This document shows positions 10,701-22,823 of a stretch of DNA of 64,000 nt, piece by piece. Made by a program: the position numbers and the translations under genes. Source of the stretch: Lama guanicoe. Lineage: Eukaryota. The stretch is from the NCBI GenBank assembly GCA_013239625.1, contig MU054032.1, positions 620,001-684,000 of the forward strand. The letters are read 5' to 3'. Every line of letters begins with the position of its first letter. The stretch's first letter is position 1. The notes beneath the pieces were generated by a model. The model did no database searches, was not told the origin of the DNA, and saw only the letters and a program-made list of their open reading frames with translations.

Positions 10701-13700
10701 TGACCTAAACTGTAAATTTCTTGAAAGTGGGGACCATTTTACTGATCTTGATAATCCCCATAGAATGTAGAGTATTTTTCTCATGGGAGGCTTTCAGTAA
10801 ATGTTTATTACATTTAATTAATTTGTAGTCTGGCTTCTAACCACTCTACTTTTCTGAAGCTAAAGTCTTGTACATAATTAGAGATTTCCAAATTGCCAAA
10901 ATGAATAACCTTTTTTGACTCAGTTCTCCTTTTTCTTAATCTCTTTGCAGTGTTTTCTTTTTAAACATTTTTTTTATTGAGTTATAGTCATTTTACAATG
11001 TTGTGTCAAATTCCAGTGTACAGCACAAGTTTTCAGTTATACATGAACATATGTATATTCATTGTCACATTTTTTTTTCATTGTGAGCTACCACAATCTT
11101 TACAGTATCTATACAGGTAATCACCTGCCCTTACTTCAGATCCTTTTGGTCTCCATGGCATAGCACTGTCCTGGTCCTTCTTTTCTAGGATCATTTCCTG
11201 GTGTTGCTGACACCTTTTCCTTGAGGAAGATGACCATGACCATTTTGGAGGGTCATGCCTCCAAGATGGATCTTCTCTTTTTATATTTTCTCTATGTTAG
11301 AAACCATGTCTAAGTCTTATCATTGTTGGCCCCGAGATCATCCTCAGGCTCAGATCTGTGACCCAGATCTCTTTTCTTAACTTTGAAGCAGGTTCCAGGG
11401 ATTCAGTACACCTTTTATCAGTCACTTCTCCCTAATCCTTTGGAGTCCTCCCAAGACTTGCTGTGTTGTCTCTTCTCTGTCTTCCTGCCAGCCCTGAAAA
11501 CAAAGCCCTTTTCAGTTTAAGGAAACAGATTGAGGATTACAAAACAGCAGATGTGAGGAATAACAAAGTTTATGAAGTTCTTATAGTAGCAGTCTCTAAC
11601 CTCTCGGTTCTACCTCTCAAAGATGCTACCTGAGGGGGAGGGTATAGCTCAGTGGTAGAGTGCCTGCTTAGCATGCATGAGGTCCTGGGTTCAGTCCCCA
11701 GTACTGCCATGCAAATAAATAAATAAATAAACAAACCGAATTACCCCCCTGTCTCAAAAAAAAAAAAAAGTAAGATGCCACCTGAAAATCCCAATATTCT
11801 GCCCATAGTTTTTATTTCTAGGGTTATAAATCGGCACACTCCCCCCTTCTTTTTGACTTTACCTTTGAATACCATCAAGGCCAGAGAATGGAACCAAGAT
11901 AACATAAAATGGGTGCTCCTTTGTGATGATGGGCTGTTTGTATCACTGAGGACTTCTAGTTAGGATGGCCATTCAAGAAGCTTCTGTCCTAGCTTTTCTC
12001 TAATTTCATCTGTAATAGTCTTAAGGCTTCAGTTATCATCTCTGTGCAGTTACGCTTCTAGCATTGTCCCTTTCTCCTTAATCCCACGTAAAAACACTGC
12101 CTGTCTAGATTGAATTAGTTATTTTCACAAAGTTGTCTTGTCCTTTGGACTTTCTTTGTATCGGTGGTTTTTATTCTCCTCCAAATTGTCCACATTCAAG
12201 AGTGATATTGTAGTTAGTTTGTTGACTTGTGTTTATTTCTTACTTATTTTTCTTCTTCCTCATTAGAATGCATGCTCCAAGAAGGCAAGACCCTTGCTTG
12301 TTTTATTTATTCATTGTATCCCTAGCTTCTGTTACAGTGCCTGGCTCAACAACAAGTACTCAATAAACATTTAAAATACATGTGTGAATAGATGTTATTA
12401 CCATATGCCCTATTTACCCACATGGTATGTTGTGGAAAAATAAGAGAAAACACGTGACAAGCACCAGATTAAATCCACTGTAGCAATTTCAATGATTTCC
12501 TCTCTCATTCAAATCTTGGCAGTTGTCAGATCCCGTTTACTTAATTCTTCATAATGAATTTCTCTTTCATTTTCTTTTCAATACCCATAGAGACCATTTC
12601 AATTAAGTCTTCTCACATGGCAGCGATTGCTTTCATTTTTTTTCTACCTTTGTGTTACACTTTCAGGTTAATCTTAGTAAAGCAAAGCTTTGAGCAGAGT
12701 CTGTACTCCCTTAATGGCCTTTAACATTCTCCCACATTCTGAAGCTTGAGTCCAAACTCAAGAGGAGATTGGATACCTTTCATAGTCTTACTAATTTACC
12801 TCTAGTCTCTTTTCCCATTACATACACCTTTTGCCCAAAATATACTGGAGATTTGCTCTTCCCTAATATGATACTTAATTTTATTTATTTATTAATTTGA
12901 ATAATTACAGTCTTCTAGGGGCCAAGACCTTTGCTTCAAAGATCAAAGTCCCTGCTCTCAAGCAAGCAAACAATTACATTAAACATTAGATCATGAGAAA
13001 AGGCCAAAACAGGTGCTGTGGGTGTACACAGGGCAACTTCTAAACTGGTTTGGTGTGGGGAGGTTAGGAAAGACTTCACTGAGGAGTTTACACTTGAACT
13101 GGACATTTAAAGACCAATAGGAATTAAGATAAGAATCAAGAAAAGTCTACTGCAAGCCAAAGGAAGCAAAGAGCAAAAAGGCATAGAGAGTAAAGACACA
13201 GTCAGTTGTAATTTGTGAATATTTCAGTGGCTGAAGCAGAGGGGTGAGTGACTGGGTGCTGAGAGGCTGGAGACTAACAAGAGCTGGGTCACAAGACCTT
13301 TGTGTATGGTTCCATCCTCCATGTAAATTCCCTAAGGGCAAGAGGAATCCTGGAAGAATTTTAAGTAGGGGCGTGACTAGTCTGATTTGTCCCTTTGTTT
13401 ATATTCTTCTATAAGCCTGAAAAACTTCCCTTTTTCCTCTTTCCTCATTAACCACACCCTCACCTCCACCTGTCTAAATCCCGTTCATCTTCCAAAAATC
13501 ACAAAGATGCTCTGTCTTCTGTAAAATCTTTATAGGTCACCTGGTCAAAAGTACTTTCACTCTCCTTGGTGTACCCATTCTCCAAGCCACTTTGGTTTGA
13601 AACAAAATGAGATTTTAAAAAACCCACAATATGACATTAATGGAAAATTTTAAAAGGAAAAATTATAATCCAGTCACCCAACATAACTTCATATTGCTCA

Positions 13701-16700
13701 TTCTTTTCTAAACTTTCAAATATAATATTTAAGAGTTGAAATCATGGTGTTTATATACTTTTATTTTGTTTTATATTCCACTGTATCACATTAATGATTT
13801 TTTAAAAAATTTACTGTTTTTAGTTTTAATGGCTGTTTTGTTAACCATTCCTGTATAACTGGATGTGAAGTTTGTTTTTATTTTTTAGCTATTTATAGAT
13901 AATAGCATAATTTTCACATGATTACTCCCTTTCTTCTTTTTTCTGTTTTTGTTTTTTTTTTCCCTGTTAGAACTATTTACTTATGCTAAATTCTCAAGAT
14001 CAGAATTACTGAAACAAAGTGTGTTGAATTGTCTTTGACTTCAACCTCCTTACCCCTCCCCAAGTCAGGGAATTACCGAGGGCTGTTGATTCTTTGATAA
14101 TGTATCTGGCATCATTCTCTTCCTTTCCATTCTCACTGTTTCAGGCAGTTCTGCCTCATGCCAGGATTATTGCAGTCTTTTTTTCCTAACTGATTTCCCT
14201 AGTCTCCAGTGTTTTCTCTTAACAATTCATCTTTTCATCATGCCAGAGTAATTGCCCTAAAATACTGCTTTGGATAAAAGATTCATTCATTTGACAAATA
14301 TTTTTTGAATGCATGCCATGTTCCAGATATTCAGCTCCTTAACTGACATTTCAAGGTCTGAACATTCTCTCATTTACTTAACACCAGCCTGACTCAGCCG
14401 GACTGGTCTAGTCACCCTTTCCGGAACATGCCATCTACCTTCCCATGTCTGAAATTTTGCTTTAGAGTAAGATTCTGTTTAGAGTCTCATTCTGCTTCCC
14501 TTTTCATTTACTTTAGTTTGATTCTTTCTTTGGAGCCCACCTCTAGTCTCAGTCCTCCCTCCACGGAGCCTTGAGTTTTTAACTCTTGTCTCGAAACGGT
14601 CACAGCTAAGCGAACAGTATCCTCAGTGGGCCCTCTTTTGTTCACCTGATAAATTCCAAATTCCTTGGCTTTGTTTTTAAGGCTTTCTAAGATCTTTAAA
14701 TTTTTAAATTTTCAACCTCACTTTGTGTTATTCCCCAATATGGACTGTCCGGTTCACCTGGACTCCTCTGCTTTCTGCTCTCTGCATATTCCAGGCTGCC
14801 TCACAGCCACATCTTTCTTGGCTCATGTTTGTTTTCTCCCATCCCCCCTACCTGTCAAATCTTACCCATTTTCTTTAACATTTTTTTTTTAGTTTTAATT
14901 TATTAATGATATTTGTATTTTGAGAAAAACTCAATTCATGTAACCATGTATAATCCATGTGGGAGGCTCTTGACTTGACTTTTAAGTTTTTAAATCTTTC
15001 TTTTTTTCCCCCCTTTTTTGTTTTTTTACAAAAGTGATACTCAAAGGAAGAACAAGAGTCACACAAGATAGATACATATATATATGTATTATTAGGAGTT
15101 AATGGTTTCTACCACCTCTTCTTCTAGGTTATCCCTCTTAAGGTAGCCAGCATAGTCTTGTTATGTCTTTCCACGCCTTTCTCTTTTGCCCCTGTACACA
15201 GACTGTATGGACCTCTAAGTGCTGCTCTTGCCCCAAGAATGGGAGTATCCTCTACCCCAGTGTTTCTCAGAATGTCCAGGACCCTTGGGGAGTCCCTAAA
15301 ACCCTTTCAGGAGGTCTGCAAGCATAACTCTTTTGATAATATACTGAGATGCTATTTGCCTCTTTTGCTGGGTTGACATTGGCACTAAGGGTGCAAAAGC
15401 AATGATGGGGGAAACTCCTGGCCCCTTAACAGTAATCAAGGTGATGGCACCAACTGTACTAGTCATTGTGTTCTTCACTGACACACTGCAGTAAACAATG
15501 CCAGTTTCACTTAAGAATGTCCTTGTGACATTATTAATTTAATTATACCCTGGCCCCTTAATGTACATCTTTTAATTTATTTATTATTTTTCCCAGCTTT
15601 ATTGAGATATGATTGACATATATAACATTGTGTAAGTTTAAGGTGTACAGTGTGATGATTTGATACACATATATATTGTGAAAGGTTTACCACAATAAGG
15701 TTAGTTAACACATCCTTTACCTCACATAATTACCATTTCATTGCTTTATGGTGAGAACGTTAAAGCTCTACTCTCTGCGGCAATTTGCAAATATACAATG
15801 CAGTTCTGCTGACTATAGTTACCATGCTGTATCTTAGACCCCCTCAGAACTTATTCATCTCATAACTGAAAGTTACACAGCTTTCTGGTGTTCTCTGTGA
15901 ATTAAGTAGGACGTAAGCATGAAGCACTGCTGCACACTGAAGTGCGGTGGTGTCTCAAAGAAAAGCACTGGTGCAGTTGTCCGAGCTGCAAGCTAAACAA
16001 GCTTCCGTTTCATGGAACCCCATTTTTACTTGAAAGAACCACTGACAAACCATGGTAATTCAGACCTCAGTATCTGGTAGCATTTTCCTGAAAATGAGTG
16101 AGCCTGTCATTTCAAGGAAAACAGTTGACAGTGTTTGTTGCCAGTGATAAAATTCAAACCTTCAAGAGGAAATTGGAATTTTGGAAAACTTGTATCTGCC
16201 ACTGTGAGCATGGCAGTTTCCTAGTAAAGACTTTTCTGATGAGATTTACGAATATAAAACGATTGTTTTTTATATTGCGTAGTGAAATGCATAATATTAC
16301 AAAATAAGAGTGTGTGGGGGATCCTGACGTTAAAAACTTTGAGGATCTATACTCATATGATCCCAAAGTATATCATGAAGACCATTCAAGATCAGTGCAT
16401 TTGTATCTAACACTGTTTTTCATAACAGCGTGGTGTTCCATCGTATGGATGACCCACATCTATGTAGTCGTTCATCTGCTGATAGCCATTCAAGTTGCTT
16501 TCAGCTTTTCGCTAATTTAAATAATGCAGAAACATTATTAATGCAAACATCATTTACATACAGCCTTGTGTGCTAGTGCTTTTGTATCTACAGTATGGAT
16601 TCCTGAAAGTTGACCTCTTTTTCACCATTCACCTTAATAAAACTTTTCCTTCTCTACAATTTCTCTGGTCATTTTTCCTTCCCATGATTCTTGTTTTTGC

Positions 16701-18319
16701 CCTTTTTAGCCTCCTATTCATTTGCTGTCTTTTGATGTCCCCATGCTATTGTCTTGTGTTTTTTAAACTTCCCTCCATGCCTGTCCTGTCTTGCCAACTA
16801 GATTATAAAATTAGAAATTCCCTGAGGGCAGGGATGGTGTATTATGCAGTGTATAGGCACGCAATAGATAATGATGAGAGATTAATTAAGGGTTGATTGA
16901 TGTGAGAAAAGGTTGCTTTAATGGTTGCTTTTAGTGGAAGGATGGGTGCTGGGGGAAGCTGTGTGCTCTGATGCATTCTTTCATCCTGGGAGTCACACTT
17001 ACACCAAATTAACGATGTTGAGTTATGTTACTAATGTATGCAACTTTAATTTTGTTTAACATTCTCTGCCAAAATAAACTTCCTCTATAACTTAAAATGT
17101 GTATATATACATATATAATAGTTTATAATGTACAGTTAATTCCACAAGCATGACTATAATATAATCGATTTTGAAATTAAAAAATTTTAAAAATTATTTA
17201 AAATCTATTTGAAAAATCTATTGAAAATTAGAAAGAGTAACTCCAACGCAATTCTGTTATTTCAGGCAAGTACATCGCCTCCACTCAGCGACCGGACGGG
17301 ACCTGGCGAAAGCAGCGGAGGGTGAAAGAAGGCTATGTGCCCCAGGAGGAGGTCCCAGTGTGCGTGGTCAGGCGTGAGGAGGGGGTACTTAATGGCGTCC
17401 CTGCCGCAAGAAAGAAAATGCGTGCCTATGAGTTCAAGGAGGAGTTTTCTGATCCCAGGATCCTCCGAAGTGGAAGGGGGGGGGCAGCTATCAGAGAAGG
17501 GAGAGGAGGAAGCTAGGATTTAGGGATGAGTGAGGGATGAGTAACCAAGTGACCAGACCTGTTCCTATGGCCTCTGTTCAGCAGAACCTGTAAATAGCGT
17601 TCAGAGATCAGAGCTTCAGGACCGGGGGATCCTACAACCTGCACAGCAGAGGAAAGCTGGGGAGGGGTCATAGGGAGAAGAAGGAAGCAGGAAAGAAAGG
17701 GGTGAAATAATTTATACTGTTAAGAAAAGGGCTCGAAAAAATAGGGTGGAGGGCTTGATTTAAAAAAGAAAAAAAGAAAGAAAAAAAGGGGGGGACTTGG
17801 AAAAGTCCGTGATTCTTTGACACTCTTCCCCGCAGGTATGAGAACAAGTATGTGAAGTTTTTCAAGAGTAAACCAGAACTGCCCCCCGGGCTGAGCCCCG
17901 AGGCCACTGCTCCCGTCACCCCATCCAGGCCTGAAGGCGGTGAACCAGGCCTCTCCAAGACAGCCAAACGCAACCTGAAGCGGAAGGAGAAGAGGCGGCA
18001 GCAGCAGGAGAAGGGGGAGGCGGAGGCCTTGAGCCGGACTCTCGAGAAGGTGTCCCTGGGCGAGAGCGCCCAGGTGCCCAGCGCTCCACAGGCCTCCCGG
18101 GCAGCCCCCACTGCCGCCCCGGACCAGCCCGACCCAGCCGCCGCCACCGAGAAGGCCAAGAAGATAAAGAACCTAAAGAAGAAGCTTCGGCAGGTGGAGG
18201 AGCTGCAGCAGCGGATCCAGGCTGGGGAAATCAGCCAGCCCAGCAAAGAGCAGCTGGAGAAGCTGGCGAGGAGGAGGGCGCTGGAGGAGGAGCTAGAGGA
18301 CTTGGAGCTGGGCCTGTGA
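4041..18319 (+). CDS. PYM1: PYM homolog 1 / WIBG, exon-junction-complex disassembly factor; join(4041..4074,17266..17359,17836..18319), 203 aa
   Basis: Translates [61 protein letters not shown]...[12 protein letters not shown]. Exons 34+94+484=612 nt with GT-AG introns. Confidence 0.97.
4231..4246 (-). promoter_or_regulatory. CTCF-like motif
   Basis: Reverse complement GACCAGAAGGGGGCGC is close to the CTCF consensus. Confidence 0.5.
6640..7940 (-). mobile_element. Old L1 (L1M-type) 3' fragment containing a SINE insertion and a long poly-T tract
   Basis: Typical antisense L1 3'UTR text (ttttaggacagatttagatttgtagaaaaattgag...; gatgctccagcctcatcttgcatatttcc). Subfamily not determinable by eye. 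Confidence 0.65.
6841..6958 (-). mobile_element. tRNA-Ala-derived camelid SINE (vic-1-like)
   Basis: Reverse complement reads ...TATAGCTCAAGCGGTAAAGCACATGCTTAGCATACACAAGGGCCTGGGTTCAATCCCCAG plus an AAAT tail; flanked by cagatttcct/cagattcct. Confidence 0.85.
8030..8200 (+). mobile_element. MIR SINE fragment
   Basis: MIR core-like: cttagttttctcatcaataaataggaataataac...ggattattgtgagaattaaa. Confidence 0.6.
8500..8656 (+). mobile_element. tRNA-Ala-derived camelid SINE (vic-1-like)
   Basis: GGGGGGAGG...CAGTGGTAGAGTGCATGCTTAGCATGCACAAGGTCTGGGTTCAATCCCCAG, then an A-rich tail with AAACCTAATTACC; degenerate TSD aaattgggcata/aaattggcata. Confidence 0.85.
9156..9205. repeat. (CA)n / (TA)n microsatellite
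   Basis: acacacacacacacacacacat followed by TA/CATA repeats. Confidence 0.9.
10095..10176 (+). repeat. Perfect 41-bp tandem duplication
   Basis: CTCCAGGGAAACTGGGTTGTACAGTATAAAGCAGGTGGAAC occurs at 10095-10135 and 10136-10176. Confidence 0.97.
10965..11100 (-). mobile_element. 5'-truncated L1 3' end (artiodactyl type)
   Basis: ttttttattgagttatagtcattttacaatgttgtgtcaaattccagtgtacagcac...; similar to the copy at 61682-61925. Confidence 0.7.
11634..11771 (+). mobile_element. tRNA-Ala-derived camelid SINE (vic-1-like) with 14-bp TSD
   Basis: GGGGGAGGGTATAGCTCAGTGGTAGAGTGCCTGCTTAGCATGCATGAGGTCCTGGGTTCAGTCCCCAG plus (AAAT)n and poly-A. TSD AAGATGCTACCTGA (11620-11633) / AAGATGCCACCTGA (11772-11785). 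Confidence 0.92.
15259..16290 (+). mobile_element. hAT-Charlie DNA transposon remnant interrupted by an antisense L1 3' fragment (~15575-15875)
   Basis: CAGTGTTTCTC terminal-like start. ORF 16098-16307 ([28 protein letters not shown]) resembles Charlie/Buster transposase. The internal block has L1 3'UTR text (attgagatatgattgacata...). Confidence 0.7.
17266..17359 (+). CDS. PYM1: PYM1 coding exon 2 (Mago/Y14-binding domain)
   Basis: Acceptor ttcag|GC; encodes [30 protein letters not shown]; donor GT|gtgcgt. Confidence 0.95.
17836..18319 (+). CDS. PYM1: PYM1 coding exon 3
   Basis: Acceptor cgcag|G; encodes [18 protein letters not shown]...ELGL*. Confidence 0.96.
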
Positions 18320-18731
18320 GGCCCCCGGGGAACAGGGAACGGACTGCAGAACAAACCGCGGGGCTCTCCGGGGTCCTGGGGAACGTGGGCAGCGGCAGTC
18401 AGGAGGGGTGTCCCCTACTGGCTCGCTTCCACCTCTCATGGCCCACCTCTGTCCTCCAGAGCCTAGCCTCTCCTTCATTCCTTCCCTTTTCTTCCCAACT
18501 CCTATTTTTTTGGACTTTTCTCCCTCCCATTCCCAGTGTTCAAAATCTCCGTGACTACCCCAGGAGGTACCTTTGCTGCTGATTTGGATGTCTTGTTTAA
18601 AAGAAAATTGGGTGGGTGGGAGTCTCTTGGAGAACTGAGGTCAAGGGTTGGGGGGGAGTACGCCCAAGTCTTGGAGTCTTGGTTCCTGTTCACAGTGTTT
18701 ATGGGTTATTTCCCCCTCCATCCCTCACCTC

Positions 18732-18762
<31 letters not shown>

Positions 18763-18769
18763 AGAACAG

Positions 18770-18775
18770 AATAAA
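18770..18775 (+). terminator. PYM1: PYM1 polyadenylation signal
   Basis: AATAAA after a T24 tract, followed by a T/GT-rich downstream region. Confidence 0.7.
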
Positions 18776-19325
18776 CTCAAGTAGACAACATGTCTTGCTT
18801 TGCCTCTTTTGTCAGCTTCTAGGTGTTTTATCCCCATCAGTTTGGTGCAGGAAGGTAAGTGTTGGGAGTAATATTGCTTTTAATTATTAAAAATGATGTG
18901 TATTACCAAATTAGTACTGACTTCTGTACGTGTTTGCCCAGACTTCAGTGAACAGAAATTAGTGTTATAATAAAGTGAAACAACAAATTAAATTGGACGT
19001 TAATTTACATGTGTCATCATTATCGTGCTGCATAGCAACGGGGCCTTGGTATCTCCCTTGCTGTTTATTTATGAAGATCATCGACCTACTTCACAGCTTC
19101 ACTGGCGCAACTCAACTCTTGAAATTTTACCTTCTCACATGCCCCCCAACCCCGAGACGGCATTGTGGAGACTGTAATGATACAGGAAGAGGAATTTTCA
19201 GCCATAAAGAGCTGTCACTTTTTGTCTATCCTCTGATTTCCACATCCTCACTTATCACAGTCTTTCTAGACAGCTGCCAGTATGGAAACCAACAGAGGGG
19301 AAAGTCAGCTGTAATGAACTATTTC

Positions 19326-19422
19326 AAGAGTTCACAGTTCAAAAAAAAATAAAATAAAATAAAATAAAATAAAATAAAATAAAATAAAAATAAATTAAAA
19401 AAAAAAAAAGAGTTCACAGTTC
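19326..19422 (+). mobile_element. Tail-only A/(AAAAT)n insertion flanked by a perfect 15-bp TSD
   Basis: AAGAGTTCACAGTTC at 19326-19340 and 19408-19422 with only A-rich sequence between. Confidence 0.85.
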
Positions 19423-19429
19423 TTAGCCT

Positions 19430-19910
19430 GACTCTTAAGGTCCCACACAATCTGGCCTTGTTTCTTGGCCATTCCTCAACTCTGGTCAAACTGCTCCAAC
19501 TCTTGAACTATTTTCAGTTCAACAAATGAGCCACATTCTCTCTGAGACTTAAGCCTTTGCCCCTGCTGGCCCCCCTGCCTAGAATACTTCTCCCGACTCA
19601 TTCTCCCTAATCAACTCTTTCTTAGCATTTGGATCTCTGCTTAAATGTTATCTTCTCTGGGAAGACTTTCATTACCAGACATGAGGTACCTTTTTTTTTT
19701 TTTCATTAGGCACCTTTCTGAACTGGCTTCCTTAACACTACACACTTAACATTTGTAGTGGCATTTATTACATTATATTGTCATGCTTGTTTACTTGTTA
19801 GCCCTCCTCCTCCTCATTAGATCATGTGCTCCTCCAGCTCTGGGACTGTGTTTATCATCACTGCATCCCAGTGCCCAACAGAATAAATTCTCAAATATTT
19901 GGCTGAACGA
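19430..19910 (+). mobile_element. L2 LINE 3' fragment
   Basis: L2-like text (gcctttgcccctgctgg...gcctagaatac...; ...cagtgcccaacagaataaattctcaaatattt...gaatgaa). Confidence 0.55.
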
Positions 19911-20540
19911 ATGAAGCCACAAGCCATGTGGGGAAACAGAAGAGGAGAGAAAATTTGTGCCTTGCACACCTGAGCAGTTGTGAGAACTTGATTAGGCAAC
20001 TCAGTGTGAGACCAAAAGCCCAAAGAACCAAAAAACCTAAAGGACCCCAATGCAATTATAAAGATTTTAAATAAGATTTAATTGGCTTATAAGTAGGTGT
20101 TTGATGCTTTGAAAGTTCTGCTGTTTCAGAGGACTCTATACTTTAAAAATCATTATTAGGGTGAGATTAATTGTTTTGCAAAAGAATTTACCACAGTAAG
20201 CCTTTACATTTTCTGGGTCTTCAGTGGTTTGATTAAAGTTTATTTCAATATTTGTTGGGTCCTATCAATCATTGTGTTAGTCCAGAGGGATGCAATTAAG
20301 AAGACATTGTAGACCCTTCATTTAAGGAAGCTGTTAAGCGTGCAAATCACTAAGTACTATGGTAGAGAGATCAGCAACGTGTTGAGGGAGAGCTAAGAAA
20401 GAAAATTCTGATTCAGGGGATGGGGAGGCTTAAAGGTGGAGTTGGAATTTGAAGACCCTCACATCTCAAGAAAGGTAGGTAAGGGAGAGCAAGTAAATGA
20501 ATAAAGGCTTGGCAGCATGAAAGGTACGTGGTAAGTTTGC

Positions 20541-20685
20541 TTTTTTTGTTGTTGTTGTTGGGGGGAGGTAAATTAGGTTTGTTTGTTTGTTTGTTTGTTT
20601 ATTCTTAGAGGAGTTACTGGGGATTGAACCTAGGACCTCATGCATGCTAAGCATGCGCTCTACCACTTGAGCTATCCCCTTCCCC
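20541..20685 (-). mobile_element. tRNA-Ala-derived camelid SINE (vic-1-like)
   Basis: Reverse complement GGGATAGCTCAAGTGGTAGAGCGCATGCTTAGCATGCATGAGGTCCTAGGTTCAATCCCCAG; TSD taagtttgcttt/taaatttgcttt. Confidence 0.9.
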
Positions 20686-22660
20686 TTAAATTTGCTTTCA
20701 ATTTTGCAGAGACACATTTCTTTACATAAAAATCAATGTTAATCACATGCTATAGGATGATATTTACAGATAAGCTAGTGTTTTTCTAAATGTGGGTTAT
20801 GAAATCAATTTAGAAAGTTGTGACCAATATCGTTTCTTAAATAGAATAGAAAAGAGCAGAGAGAGATACTTAAGAGTAAATATGTCTCATGATAATTTTG
20901 TTTCAAATATATACCATATGTGTACCAGGTTAGAATATAAGAGATTTATTTTCCTTACCTTGGTTTGCAGAAAAATAAATTCCAAAGCCGCTGATAAAAT
21001 CAATACCGAGGGGCTAAGGCATCATACACTCTCCTTCTGGGCTTTATATTTGGGATGAGTGGGATAGAAGGATACTAGTTTAATTATTTCCCCAAGGACT
21101 CTTGCAGCTTATGGTGAAGTACATTAACCCCTGTTTTTTTTTTTCCACTCCTGAGACTGTATTACTATTTATTTGGCATTTCTTTCTTCCTTGCAGGTGA
21201 ATCCTCTCTCCTAATGTGTAAATAGCAAAGATTTTTGGGATCTAGAAGTGAATTATTTTAGGATTGGCCGTTTGCCCTCACAGGCTGAGTCCACATGTTA
21301 GTTTTTTATGTCCACTAGGTGGTGCTGTGAGGGGCCAGTGCTGGCAAGTTATCTTGTCCCTAGACTCCAGCTTGTTTTGAAATTAGCAGAGAGGTTTACT
21401 CAGCTAGAAAGTCTTTTCTCTTCAGGCTCACAGGCACTCATGGATAAGGGGTCTCTAGATCTCCCTCCCCTTCCCAACTATAACTTCGTGCTACAAATTG
21501 AGAGAGAGAGAGAATCTGGGATCGAGAGGGTACAATTTTTTGTCAGTAATGCCATCTCTCAAAAGATGGTCAACAGCAATCCTTTCCATTCTGCCCTGAA
21601 GATCAAAACGGATGCTGAACTGAAGTGGAAAAGATGGAGGTTATACCCCAGAATGAGTAACTGGCTGGATGAGGGTAGTAGAATTGGCTGAGAGGAGGGG
21701 AGAGAGATGTTAAAGTATCTCATCCTTGGGAAAGCAACAATACATGGAATTTGATTAAATTCAGCAAACATTCTCCAAGAGCTTTCCATAGGCCAAGAGA
21801 ACACAAAGATGGATACATGTTGCTGACTCCTTTCTAGAGTCTCAAGAAAAAGAGGCAAACACTCAACAATAATAAAGTATGGAAGATACTCTACTAGGGG
21901 CATAAACAGGTTGCCGTGGGGGCCAAGAGGGGACCCCTAAGTCAGCTGTGGGGTGGGGCAGGTGGTGATCAGGAAAGGCTCCACAGTCGAGATGACACCT
22001 AGATTAAGGCTGAGTCTGGAAGGACGAGTAGGAGCCCTCCAACATTCTAGAAATCCACAAGGTTCTTCATTTACTCTTGTGATTTCAGTGCTAATAACTC
22101 CCAATCTTTCTCTAGCCCGGGCATCTCTAAAACCTGCCTATCCAGTATCTCCTATTTGGATGTTGGTGCTTCAGATTCAATTTATCTAAAACCAAGCACT
22201 GAAAGAAGCCTGAGGCTGTTGATTTTTATAGTAATCATGTAGTTTTTTTATCCTTATTCATTGTCTGGGTTGCTCTCTTAGTCATTTCTTATCTGAACTA
22301 CTGCAAAAGCACACTAACTGTTCTCCAATTTAAATCTCTCTCCACAACCCACTTCCCCAGTCAGTCCCACAGACTTTGATCTTCAACAAGATTTACCTTC
22401 CTTAAGCCCAATGTTGATGGTATCATTTCACCAAACAACATTTAGTGGGTTCCCTTTGGTCTACCCCACCAAGGCCAAGCTCCTTCCTTGAAATAATCAA
22501 GGCAGTTGCTTGGGTCTGAATGTTTATGTCCCCCCAGATTCATACGTTGAAATCCTAACCCCTAAAGCGTATTAGTAGGTGGGGCCCTTGGGAAATGATT
22601 AGGTCATGAGGGTGGGGCCCTCATGTAGAGGATTGATACTTTTATAAAAGAGACCCACAG

Positions 22661-22823
22661 CGGGGAGGGTATAGTTCAAATGGTAGAGTGCGCTCTTAGC
22701 ATGCATGGGGTCCTGGGTTCAATCTCCAGTACTTCATCTAAGAATGACTAAATCAGTAAACATAATTACCTCTCCCCACCAAAAAAAAATTAATTAATTA
22801 ATTAATTTAAAAAAAAAAGAGAG
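22661..22823 (+). mobile_element. vic-1-like SINE inserted in the MaLR LTR
   Basis: tRNA-Ala-like head; TSD AGAGACCCACAG at 22649-22660 and 22824-22835. Confidence 0.9.

Noticed and set aside
11634..11710. Apparent tRNA-Ala(AGC) genes here and at the other SINE copies
   Set aside because: Each has an A-rich tail, TSD-like flanks and stem mismatches, so they are SINEs rather than tRNA genes.
17668..18354. 228-aa minus-strand ORF
   Set aside because: Antisense shadow of the GC3-rich PYM1 exon 3; low-complexity product with no supporting gene signals.
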